Positions 55,599-63,637 of a DNA stretch of 64,000 nucleotides are shown here, piece by piece. Both the position numbers and the translations under genes were made by a program. Where the stretch lies: the IMG/VR virus record IMGVR_UViG_3300037391_000010, positions 1 to 64,000 of that record, one strand, 5' to 3'. Under the pieces are notes generated by a model. The model was not told the DNA's origin and ran no database searches. It was given only the letters and a program-made list of their open reading frames with translations. This stretch comes from a virus. The first letter of the stretch is position 1, and each line of letters opens with the position of its first letter.

Positions 55599-56389
55599 CA
55601 AGCACACAAGTAACGTCGGACGGTCTAAGACAGATTTTGGACGCGCTGATTGCAGTCGTGGCGTCCAGTGGAAAGCTCGGAACTCCGGGCGGAACCCTCT
55701 ACGCATACCTGATGACGCAGGGATGCACCCTCCAACAGTTTGAATCTATTATGGGTGCTCTGGTTCAGGCACGAAAACTCATGAAGCGTGGCGACCTGTA
55801 CTTTGCACTGGAGGCGAAAATGAGCGAGTACACACAGTATCCTGACGACGTAGTGATGGAGACCTCCATCGGTCAAGTCAAGCTGGCGGTCACCGACGCC
55901 AACCACATTTCCATTCAAGGTGAAGTGGTGATCCGGGGCAAACAGGTTCGCGCCCACCTGCACGTCAACGATTATGGCTGCGGTGTTGGCTTCGAGCCGA
56001 GCCGCGATCAGTCCAACCCCTCGAACTCCTATCACGCCCTGTACGCGACCAAGGTCGGTACGTGCGGCGAGTACGCGACGGATGCACAGCGCAGGGCGAT
56101 CATTGCCGCTCTCGTCCCCGCGATCAACGAATTCATGGCGAAGCACCCCGAATTGCGGCAGGCTGGTGCGGACGCCGACAAGAACAACACCGCGATGCGT
56201 ATCGAGGAAGAGATTGTCGAACTGAAAAAGCAGCTTGCGGCGAAGGAAGAGGAACTCCGCAGGGTGCATATCTCTGGACGGCAGTCAAGCGGCGTCGTGC
56301 AGTTCCCGTGCTGCAAGGCTTATGGCGTGGTCAACAAGAACCATGTGTGCCCCGAGCGGATGACTTTCGACAACGAGGTTATCAGCTAA
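55595..56389 (+). CDS. Hypothetical protein, apparent in-frame fusion of two small genes
   Basis: Leaderless start; internal GGAGG-N5-ATG at 55820. Confidence 0.6.
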   Translation: MASTQVTSDGLRQILDALIAVVASSGKLGTPGGTLYAYLMTQGCTLQQFESIMGALVQARKLMKRGDLYFALEAKMSEYTQYPDDVVMETSIGQVKLAVTDANHISIQGEVVIRGKQVRAHLHVNDYGCGVGFEPSRDQSNPSNSYHALYATKVGTCGEYATDAQRRAIIAALVPAINEFMAKHPELRQAGADADKNNTAMRIEEEIVELKKQLAAKEEELRRVHISGRQSSGVVQFPCCKAYGVVNKNHVCPERMTFDNEVIS

Positions 56390-57084
56390 TGAGCCGACGC
56401 ACAGACAGAATGTGGAAAGCCGCCGCCCGCGTGACGGCGCTCAAGGTCGAAGAGCCCACGTCCACCGTCTACTCGGTTCGCACTCTCAAGGACGAATTGC
56501 CGAAGGAATTCTTCGCTGAGTTCATGACGACGAACGCGCAATATGATCCCGCCCACCCCCAAGGTAAGCCGTCGCCTGCCGCCCTGTTGCTGGATGTTCA
56601 GGTCGTGCGTGAGTACAGCCGTGTGACCGACGAGGCTGGCTATAAGCCGTGGCCTGGTCCGCAGAAGGATGTTCACTGCTGGTGGGAACTGGAGAGCGGC
56701 AAGGCTGTGGGCTGGAACGAGAACCCGAGCAAGGGCTGGAGTTTCCCCGTCATCACCCTGCACAATCTCAAGGTCTGGAATGGTCGCGGCGACTACAGCG
56801 ATCTGGACGGGCATCTGTTCGTGTGCGCTGCGACCAAGAAGCAGGCCGTCGAGTTGATTAACAAAGCTGGATACAGTTGCGGCAGGATGAATTTGCGTGA
56901 ACTGAACGGATACTTCAACGAGGGTTGTTGGGGTCGGGACATGAACGGCATCGCGCAGGAAACTGGCGTCTGGTTCCAGTCTAAAGAGGATGCTTCGGCA
57001 CCATGCCCATGCGACATCCCATTTGGCGATTTCGATAAAGCGCATCAGGATGCGTGCCCGCGTAAACCACGGAGGCTTTTATGA
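56389..57084 (+). CDS. Hypothetical protein
   Basis: TAATG coupling; start MSRRTDR. Confidence 0.6.
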   Translation: MSRRTDRMWKAAARVTALKVEEPTSTVYSVRTLKDELPKEFFAEFMTTNAQYDPAHPQGKPSPAALLLDVQVVREYSRVTDEAGYKPWPGPQKDVHCWWELESGKAVGWNENPSKGWSFPVITLHNLKVWNGRGDYSDLDGHLFVCAATKKQAVELINKAGYSCGRMNLRELNGYFNEGCWGRDMNGIAQETGVWFQSKEDASAPCPCDIPFGDFDKAHQDACPRKPRRLL

Positions 57085-57392
57085 AGCGCCCCAATTTCAG
57101 GAACCGAGAATGCCCGAAGTGCGGCGGCAAGATCGGCATGATCCGCCGCGAGGGATTCATGAACCTGTACGGCTGCGTGAGCAACACCCATGTGCAGGTG
57201 CAGGGCACCTACGGTTACCATCCTGACGACTTCCCCAAGAAGGCGAAGCCGATTCCACAGAAGGAAATCGACAAGTTCATCAGCACCATCCGCTACCCGA
57301 AATTCGCGGCCTTCGCGGTTGGCAAGCTAATGGCGAAATTCAAATTCACCCGTGAGCAGGCGACTGCCGCGTATAAAGCGAGGACAATATGA
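57081..57392 (+). CDS. Hypothetical Zn-ribbon protein
   Basis: GGAGG RBS; CPKCGG. Confidence 0.6.
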   Translation: MKRPNFRNRECPKCGGKIGMIRREGFMNLYGCVSNTHVQVQGTYGYHPDDFPKKAKPIPQKEIDKFISTIRYPKFAAFAVGKLMAKFKFTREQATAAYKARTI

Positions 57393-57811
57393 AGGCACTG
57401 AATGCGTTGTATCACTCTGAACGTGAATTGGGATTCGCACCAACCATTCTCATTCTGGCTTGTGTGCTCGTCCTCTTGCTCGGACACGCCCATGGGCAGC
57501 AAGCCGACCAGAAGTCGCCGACCGAAGCGGAGATCAAGGCGCTCTACAACATCCTCATGCCGCCCGCACCGATGTCTGAGCAGGCGCGGTCTTTGTTCGA
57601 TCCGAACTACGTGCCGCCTGTCAAGAAAGACGGCGTGATCGTGCGGGCGTACAAGTCCTACGATTACTCGCTCAAGCTGGACTACGCACGGAACTACTGT
57701 GCGGTCAACAAGCCGACCGCGAAGCACCCGAAGGTGCAGCGCGTGTACGTGAAGAATGGTGACATCTACGAGTGCGCGACCAAGACGATCACGCCAGCAG
57801 GCTCGAATTGA
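57389..57811 (+). CDS. Membrane-anchored/secreted hypothetical protein
   Basis: GAGGA RBS; hydrophobic N-terminal helix. Confidence 0.6.
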   Translation: MKALNALYHSERELGFAPTILILACVLVLLLGHAHGQQADQKSPTEAEIKALYNILMPPAPMSEQARSLFDPNYVPPVKKDGVIVRAYKSYDYSLKLDYARNYCAVNKPTAKHPKVQRVYVKNGDIYECATKTITPAGSN

Positions 57812-57915
57812 AAAACATCCGCTGGCACGTCGAAATGGTTGTGGCAATCGGGCTGATGTGCGTGGCTCTGGCGTTCTTCACGGTCTACTTTGGGGTGCGA
57901 GGAGAGGCGATCTAA

Positions 57916-58125
57916 ATGGCTGGCAACTCAGGCAAGATGACGAACGAGGCTCTCGCCGCACGCGGCCCACGCATGGTGCTGGCACGGGTGGGCGCTAACG
58001 GTCAAGCCTATCGCGGCTTGGTGATCTACCGCGAAGGGCAGTGCCCGATCAAGGTGCCTTACTCGGTACTTGCAAAGTCGTACTCGTTGAGCTATCTTTT
58101 AAGGGTGGGAAAGGGAAACCAATGA
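57916..58125 (+). CDS. Hypothetical protein
   Basis: GAGG RBS. Confidence 0.5.
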   Translation: MAGNSGKMTNEALAARGPRMVLARVGANGQAYRGLVIYREGQCPIKVPYSVLAKSYSLSYLLRVGKGNQ

Positions 58126-58346
58126 CCGCGCTGACAATAGCAATTTTCGATCTGCTGATGCTCCACTTTCTCTACGTGGCGGTCTCGCTGGTCGTGGGCA
58201 CTCTGGCGGCGATAGATGTCCATAAGGAAGGCAAATCCGTGCCTGTCATTGTGGTCGCGTCTCTGGTCTACGCCATGTTTTGGCTGCCGTTGCTCCTCGG
58301 CAAGATCGTGTCGAGGCAATTACGTCCGATGGGGTTGATAAAATGA
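58122..58346 (+). CDS. Small two-helix membrane protein
   Basis: ATGA overlap; two hydrophobic segments. Confidence 0.55.
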   Translation: MTALTIAIFDLLMLHFLYVAVSLVVGTLAAIDVHKEGKSVPVIVVASLVYAMFWLPLLLGKIVSRQLRPMGLIK

Positions 58347-58621
58347 GCAAGCGCAAGGAACGCCAAGCCGCACGCCCCTCAGCCCTCCTGAACTGGTTCG
58401 GGAAGGCACCACACCCGTCCGACTGCCTCGTGCACTGGCGGGACACCGTGGGCTATCGCGGCGTGGCAGACTTCGACGAGACGATTGCTCAGCTTCGTGC
58501 GGATTGGGATTTGCTCACCGCTACGGACGCGGGTAAGCTGGCTCTGGCTCGTCTGTTGAACGCTCAGTACGACAAAGCATGTCAGGAGCAGGCCGAACAG
58601 GACGCAGGAGACGACTTATGA
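58343..58621 (+). CDS. Hypothetical protein
   Basis: ATGA overlap. Confidence 0.55.
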   Translation: MSKRKERQAARPSALLNWFGKAPHPSDCLVHWRDTVGYRGVADFDETIAQLRADWDLLTATDAGKLALARLLNAQYDKACQEQAEQDAGDDL

Positions 58622-58983
58622 AACCTGAATTGGAAAACAAGCTGGTAGACTTGCAGGCTCACCTACTCGAAAAGAACGATTCCAAAGGTCTCTTCCTGTG
58701 GGACGCCGTGCGGCAGGCGATCAAGCAGGACGACCAGTGGGAAGAGATTTTGGTCTGGGCTTCCAGTTGTCAGGCCGCAACCGCCGAGGGGTACGCCTAC
58801 AGGAAATCTGCATCCAAGGGCGAACGTACCCGCCACGCGACGATCTGCAAGAAACTTAGGGAGATGCTCGCGACTGGCTTGTTTAGAGAGCACCGAGGCC
58901 ACCAGCCGTTCCCGAGCGTCAAGCACGCTACTTTGAAGCGGCTGGAAGAAGCCGAAGCCGCCTGCATCAAGGCGAACGTATGA
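58618..58983 (+). CDS. Hypothetical protein
   Basis: AGGAG RBS; ATGA overlap. Confidence 0.55.
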   Translation: MKPELENKLVDLQAHLLEKNDSKGLFLWDAVRQAIKQDDQWEEILVWASSCQAATAEGYAYRKSASKGERTRHATICKKLREMLATGLFREHRGHQPFPSVKHATLKRLEEAEAACIKANV

Positions 58984-59216
58984 TCTACGGGAACCGACAG
59001 CCATCCGCCGCCGAGATCAACGCGCACTTGAGCACGAAACTCAAGCGAGCGGTTCTCCATAGCTCCCCATCCCTGAAACTCCGCATCATCGCCGCTCGGG
59101 TGGGTAAGAAACGGGACGGCGTGAGCCCGCTGGAAGTCCAGATCATGGGCTACGAGTCGCACATTGACGGCGGCTGGAGCGCGGTGAGGCCGGATACCCG
59201 CATCGACCTGCTCTAA
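58980..59216 (+). CDS. Hypothetical protein
   Basis: ATGA overlap. Confidence 0.55.
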   Translation: MIYGNRQPSAAEINAHLSTKLKRAVLHSSPSLKLRIIAARVGKKRDGVSPLEVQIMGYESHIDGGWSAVRPDTRIDLL

Positions 59217-59268
59217 AAATAGTTCAGATTCCTAGCGATTTGGGCTCGGTGTGGGGTATAATGTAAGT

Positions 59269-59340
59269 GATAGTTTGCTGGTAACGCGGAAAACCAGTAT
59301 CGGGGTGCAGAGCCTAGAGCCTGCACCCTATTTCCTTTTA
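59269..59340 (+). ncRNA. Candidate ~70-nt small RNA
   Basis: TTCCTA-N22-TATAAT promoter (59229-59262) followed by no real ORF, two hairpins and a U-rich tail. Confidence 0.45.
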
Positions 59341-59613
59341 GGCCCCTTCGAACCTGCCGCAGTGAGATTGCGGCGTCCACCCGCAGCATCCCGCGTGACG
59401 GCTATCCCAATTGCTCTCGATGGAGTTCAGGTCGGGCTGGTAGGAGAAATACGGGGTTACACGGACAGGGAACGGGTAACGTTTGCCTTTGCGGTAGTTG
59501 TCCCACGCAATGGTGAGATGCCAGTTGCGCTCGTTCACTCGCAGGTTGAAGCCCACGGCTTTGACGCTCTGGAGGTTCCAGTTGATGTCAAAGGCTATGT
59601 TCGTCTTAGGCAT
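59338..59613 (-). CDS. Hypothetical protein
   Basis: Start MPKTNIAF at 59613; last gene of the minus-strand operon. Confidence 0.5.
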   Translation of the reverse strand: MPKTNIAFDINWNLQSVKAVGFNLRVNERNWHLTIAWDNYRKGKRYPFPVRVTPYFSYQPDLNSIESNWDSRHAGCCGWTPQSHCGRFEGA

Positions 59614-59831
59614 GTAACCTTCTAGCAGCATCCGCCCAAGCCTCTTCGTAGGTGTCGCCCGTGCCGATGACAGGAGCATTGAGGGCGTCCGACTTGTAGA
59701 CTTCGCAGGCACACATCTCGGGGTGGGGGAAATTCTTCTTTGGCATCCACGCCCCAATACGTCGCCTTGGGGTAGACCTTCCAGACGGCCTGCTCATTGG
59801 CTCGGGCCTGCTTCTGGGTGATCTTAGGCAA
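59606..59831 (-). pseudogene. Small phage protein split by a one-base frameshift in TTTCCCCC
   Basis: MPKITQ...VWKVYPKATYWGVDAKEEFP in one frame continues as HPEMCACEVY...GTGDTYEEAWADAARRL in the +1 frame. Confidence 0.5.
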
Positions 59832-60009
59832 GACGAGCTTCCTGCTTGTTGAGGGCTTCGGTGATCTTTGCAGCCTTGGTGCCGCGCAAGTCTTCGTTGA
59901 GGACGAAAGCGACGATGGTCTGCGACAGCTTGAGACCAGTGGCGATGCCAAATTGGGTCTTCCCCGCATGGCCTAGCTGAATGATTTTATCGACTGTGAG
60001 TTGATCCAT
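59824..60009 (-). CDS. Small HTH DNA-binding protein
   Basis: AAGGAG RBS; GKTQFGIATGLKLSQTIVAFVLN HTH. Confidence 0.65.
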   Translation of the reverse strand: MDQLTVDKIIQLGHAGKTQFGIATGLKLSQTIVAFVLNEDLRGTKAAKITEALNKQEARLA

Positions 60010-60018
60010 ACCTGCTCC

Positions 60019-60174
60019 TTATTCGTAATAGACGATTATGAAATACTCGCTGAAGCCGCCACGTCCTGACTTGACTACCGAGAAGATCGTGTAGCTCTGG
60101 CTCTGAAGGCTGTTGAGTCTGTCCTCCAGATCGTTGTCCTTGACCTCGGTCGTGTGCCACTTTCGAATCGCCAT
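60019..60174 (-). CDS. Small hypothetical protein (51 aa)
   Basis: MAIRKWHTTEV...YYE*; leaderless after TATTAA-N5. Confidence 0.55.
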   Translation of the reverse strand: MAIRKWHTTEVKDNDLEDRLNSLQSQSYTIFSVVKSGRGGFSEYFIIVYYE

Positions 60175-60185
60175 ACAGCTTAATA

Positions 60186-60929
60186 CTACCGATTTGCCCG
60201 ACTTACGAACATGTGGTCAAAATCAGGGTCGGTGATCTTAACCCTAAAGTCCCCCAGTATCGCAGGATCGGTGCGGTAGATGTTCCCGAGCTTCTGAACT
60301 TTCCGCTTCGAAAATCCTGTCCCGCTGGGGTTTGCCTTGTCAATGAGGGAATGGATGAACGCTCCCAACGCCTTCTCTTCTGGGTCCTTGGATTCCAGCA
60401 GTTGCTTGCTCGACCGACTCATCGCACGGCGGATGTCAGGGCGGTGGAGCTTGTGAATCTCGGCTACCCGCTGGAAGCTGCGGGTCTTGATGTACAGGTC
60501 GATGATCGTACTTAGGGGCACGCTCTTGATGCTGTTCTCCAGCTTCGCCTGCACCAGCACATTCTTCATCTTGTCCTCGGTGAATTCCTCCCCATACAGA
60601 ATGAACGCACACAGCACTTTGACCGCCATGCGGATGCGGAAGGAGCACACCGTCTGCGTGCTGCGGTGGATGATCGCCAGAGTGTTCTGGGTCTTGCTCA
60701 GCAGATAGTAGCTCAGCAGGAGTTCCTGATCCTCCTTCTTCAGGAGACGCAAAATCTTCAGGAACATTGGGAAATTCTCCTGAATGTAGGTGAGGATTTT
60801 CTGGTCTTCTTTTTTCTTGGGGTCGGACTCAGCACTGAGAAGTGTTTGGCCTTCAAGGGCTTCTTCGTCAGTCAGGAGCATGGCGCGGGCAGAAGTGATT
60901 GAATCGAAATACGGAGTGTTTTCAGACAT
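60186..60929 (-). CDS. Sigma-70 region-4-like double-HTH transcription regulator
   Basis: LRLLKKEDQELLLSYYLLSKTQNTLA.IH..TQ...S.RI..AVK.L resembles sigma region 4; second HTH (SFQRVAEIHKLHRPDIRRAM). Confidence 0.6.
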   Translation of the reverse strand: MSENTPYFDSITSARAMLLTDEEALEGQTLLSAESDPKKKEDQKILTYIQENFPMFLKILRLLKKEDQELLLSYYLLSKTQNTLAIIHRSTQTVCSFRIRMAVKVLCAFILYGEEFTEDKMKNVLVQAKLENSIKSVPLSTIIDLYIKTRSFQRVAEIHKLHRPDIRRAMSRSSKQLLESKDPEEKALGAFIHSLIDKANPSGTGFSKRKVQKLGNIYRTDPAILGDFRVKITDPDFDHMFVSRANR

Positions 60930-60975
60930 GGTTATGGTATAATACTAAACCCATCGACATTTTTCGGGGTTTTTC

Positions 60976-61006
60976 CAAAATAAAACGGGCACCCGAAGGT
61001 GCCCGA
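60976..61006 (-). terminator. Intrinsic terminator (UUCG loop)
   Basis: Minus strand CGGGCACC-TTCG-GGTGCCCG-TTTTATTTT after the 61027 stop. Confidence 0.85.
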
Positions 61007-61026
61007 TGTTGAGCCTGACCAGCGAC

Positions 61027-62865
61027 TTAGCTGTGCTTCAGGGCGAATGCAATTTCCAGAGTCTCGTACCCGAGTGGGTTCGCGAACTGTGGTGTCCAAG
61101 AGCCAGCACCGATCTGGGTGCCGTACTCCACAAGGTAGTGGGCTTCAGAGCCGACCAGCTTGCCGTTGCTAATCATGTAGTAGCCGCCCTCGGTCACTAC
61201 TGCTGGGCTGCCCGCTACGGTGTAACCTGTCAGCGTGGAGTCTGTCCCGAGGTCGATCCCGTTGGCACTCTTCTGGAGACCAACGACGAAGACCGCATCC
61301 GCGCCAGTCGTGACGATTGGCGAGGTAGCAGCGGGGTTGCTGATCGTGATTGCTGTCGTTGCGCCGTCCACCGTTACCCCCGTCATGCCCGTAACATCGA
61401 GCACTTGGAAGTTGATGCCGCCATCGAACACGGGCTTACCAGCCGCGAGGTCGAGCGGAGCCACAACACCGTTCTGGTACACGGAGTTGAGGTTCACAGC
61501 ATAGGTGCCAGCGTTCGCCGAGTTGCAAACCCAGACATAGATGCATGGGTAGTACCCGTCGAGGTTCCAATCGCAGGTCTGCCACTGGGTTTCAGAACCC
61601 GGGGGAGACATGATCGGAGCGTAATCGCCGCCCGCAAGGACGATGCTCGCCACGAGTACCCAGTCGTTGACGCTACCGCCAGAACCCGGAGGATTCGTGG
61701 TGGTGGAGGTTTCGGCGTTGGTCACAGCCGCCGTCAGGGAGATCGCTCGACCAGTGAAGGTCGCAATACCCGTCTGGCTGAGGGTGACTGACCCCGTGCC
61801 TGCGATGTAGGTTCCAAAAACCACGCTGCCGTTGAGAATAGCCGACGCACCGCACACGAAGATGATGTTTCCAGCCTGTGCGCCGTTTAGCAGGGTCATG
61901 GTCGAGTTGACGTTCGACGTGAACGTGCTTCCAACCTGAATGACCCACTGGGCGTTCACGTTCCCACCCGCGTCGAAGTTGACGTTGCCAGAGGCAGCCA
62001 AATCCAGCGAGCTAGAAGCGGTGTACGTGCCCGGGGTGAGCGTCATTCCGCTTAACTGCGTTACGGTCGGGCCAGCGGCCAAACCTTTGTAGTAGCCGTA
62101 AGCAGTGTTTGCGTTCGCTTGCGCCTGAATTGCCAGCGGGGTGTTGATCTGGAACGATGCTGGAACGAAAGTTCCCGTGATCGACGTGCCGGGGGTCAAA
62201 CCCACGAGCCCGTTCACGATTGTCCAGATGCCCGCGCTTGTGATGGTCGAACCGGCGAGTACGGCAAACTGAGCCGCCACACCCAACTCCAATTCGATGC
62301 CCGACTCAGGAGTTACAGTCGAGTTGTCCGAGATTGTCGGGGTGGGAATGAAGTCGTTGATTCCCTGCAAGTAGCCGAATTCCGTGCTTGCGCCGTGAAG
62401 CTGATCGAACGGAGCGAGGCTCTTGAGGCCGAATGCGATGGCAATGAGCGTGTCGCCAGCCAATGGGCTGATGAAGACGTTATCCCCTTGGTTGTTCGAC
62501 GCCATGTTCGAGATTTTCTGGGCGTACTGGTAGGGGGTGCCGATTCCGACTTGCAGTTGCGCCGTGCCGATGTCTGCGGGAGGAGAACCGCCGCCTACCG
62601 CCGCCACACCGTTCGGGTTGAGAAGGTAAAGCTGGGTTGCGGAGGACTGGACGCACACGAACTCGCCGTTATTCCTCTGGTCGGCGAAGCCGCTTACGAC
62701 GAAAGCCTGACCTGCGTAGGCTCCAAGCGGCTGCGATGCCGAAGCTGCCCCGCCTGTGATTGTGCCAGTGTAAACCGTGGTGCCCGTGGCCGCTCCCTGA
62801 AAAGGACGAACGGCGGCGGCAACCTGTGTTAGCTCAAAAATTGGACCGAATGTTGGTTGACCCAT
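61027..62865 (-). CDS. Virion structural protein with an inserted ice-binding (DUF3494) domain
   Basis: LG.AA.FAVLAGSTIT, LSG.TLTPG.Y, DA.GN.NA.W.IQ.GS, L.NGAQA.NI.F..G.SA, GRA.S.TAAVT; N-terminal module shared with 38356 protein; AAGGA RBS. Confidence 0.8.
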   Translation of the reverse strand: MGQPTFGPIFELTQVAAAVRPFQGAATGTTVYTGTITGGAASASQPLGAYAGQAFVVSGFADQRNNGEFVCVQSSATQLYLLNPNGVAAVGGGSPPADIGTAQLQVGIGTPYQYAQKISNMASNNQGDNVFISPLAGDTLIAIAFGLKSLAPFDQLHGASTEFGYLQGINDFIPTPTISDNSTVTPESGIELELGVAAQFAVLAGSTITSAGIWTIVNGLVGLTPGTSITGTFVPASFQINTPLAIQAQANANTAYGYYKGLAAGPTVTQLSGMTLTPGTYTASSSLDLAASGNVNFDAGGNVNAQWVIQVGSTFTSNVNSTMTLLNGAQAGNIIFVCGASAILNGSVVFGTYIAGTGSVTLSQTGIATFTGRAISLTAAVTNAETSTTTNPPGSGGSVNDWVLVASIVLAGGDYAPIMSPPGSETQWQTCDWNLDGYYPCIYVWVCNSANAGTYAVNLNSVYQNGVVAPLDLAAGKPVFDGGINFQVLDVTGMTGVTVDGATTAITISNPAATSPIVTTGADAVFVVGLQKSANGIDLGTDSTLTGYTVAGSPAVVTEGGYYMISNGKLVGSEAHYLVEYGTQIGAGSWTPQFANPLGYETLEIAFALKHS

Positions 62866-63053
62866 GGTGGTGTGTTCCTTGGAGGAAAATATCCTCTTAC
62901 ATTAGATGGACTCGGTAGCGAAATAATTTTTCCACTGTTTTTCAGGGAGTATAGAGAGGTTATTCATTCACTGGCGGCTCCATTGATCGATGTCTCAGTT
63001 ATCAAACTCGACTACCAAAACCTTCAAATAGAAGTTTTCTCTGGAAGGATTAC

Positions 63054-63491
63054 ATGGGGCGTAAGAGACTCTTTGATAGTGAAAAGAAATGGTGCAATAA
63101 GTGCGAAAAATGGCTCCCCCTCGACGCCTTTGGGGAGAACAAACGCACCGCCAGCGGTCGCTCCTACTACTGCCGCACCTGCCACAACACCTATTGCGGA
63201 ACCTTCTGGACGAAAGTTCACACCTACGACGCCTTCCTCGAACGCGAATACCACATGAAGCCCGGACAGTACCTCGAACTCTGGCGGCATCAGGATAAAA
63301 AGTGCGCGGTCTGCGACGTGGCGTTGGTATTGTATAACAGGAAGACTTTGGTGGATTTCCGCGACGGACGAGTCCATGGGTTGTTGTGTGCCGACTGCAT
63401 GGAGGGCCTGAGGAAGCTGAAAATCTCCCCCGAGTTGCTTGCGAAAGCCATTCAGTATCTCAAACCAATTAGTATGGGAGTCACGCCGTGA
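63054..63491 (+). CDS. Endonuclease VII-like/HNH protein with N-terminal Zn finger (possibly degenerate)
   Basis: KWCNKC...YCRTC; Q..KCAVC...VD....VHGLLC..C..GL (DH replaced by DF, N by M). Confidence 0.7.
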   Translation: MGRKRLFDSEKKWCNKCEKWLPLDAFGENKRTASGRSYYCRTCHNTYCGTFWTKVHTYDAFLEREYHMKPGQYLELWRHQDKKCAVCDVALVLYNRKTLVDFRDGRVHGLLCADCMEGLRKLKISPELLAKAIQYLKPISMGVTP

Positions 63492-63637
63492 GCCTTCGTG
63501 AAATAGCTGAGTCCCTATTTCGCTGGTTCGATGGTCACATTCTGCACGACTGGCGTAAACAAAACCCGCAAATTTGCCCTGAGTGCAAAACCTGCCTCAG
63601 CTACTACAGAGAGTGGAAGACAGAGGGAATCTCGTGA
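63488..63637 (+). CDS. Small hypothetical protein (49 aa)
   Basis: GTGA overlaps at both ends; GGGAG RBS; CPEC. Confidence 0.5.
   Translation: MSLREIAESLFRWFDGHILHDWRKQNPQICPECKTCLSYYREWKTEGIS

Noticed and set aside
59251-59625. 124-aa plus-strand ORF
   Set aside because: Starts inside the promoter -10 region, runs through a terminator hairpin and is antisense to a more plausible minus-strand operon
61006-63258. Plus-strand ORFs 61006..61791, 62119..62832 and 62857..63258
   Set aside because: Shadows of the DUF3494 gene or alternate frames of the endonuclease VII-like gene
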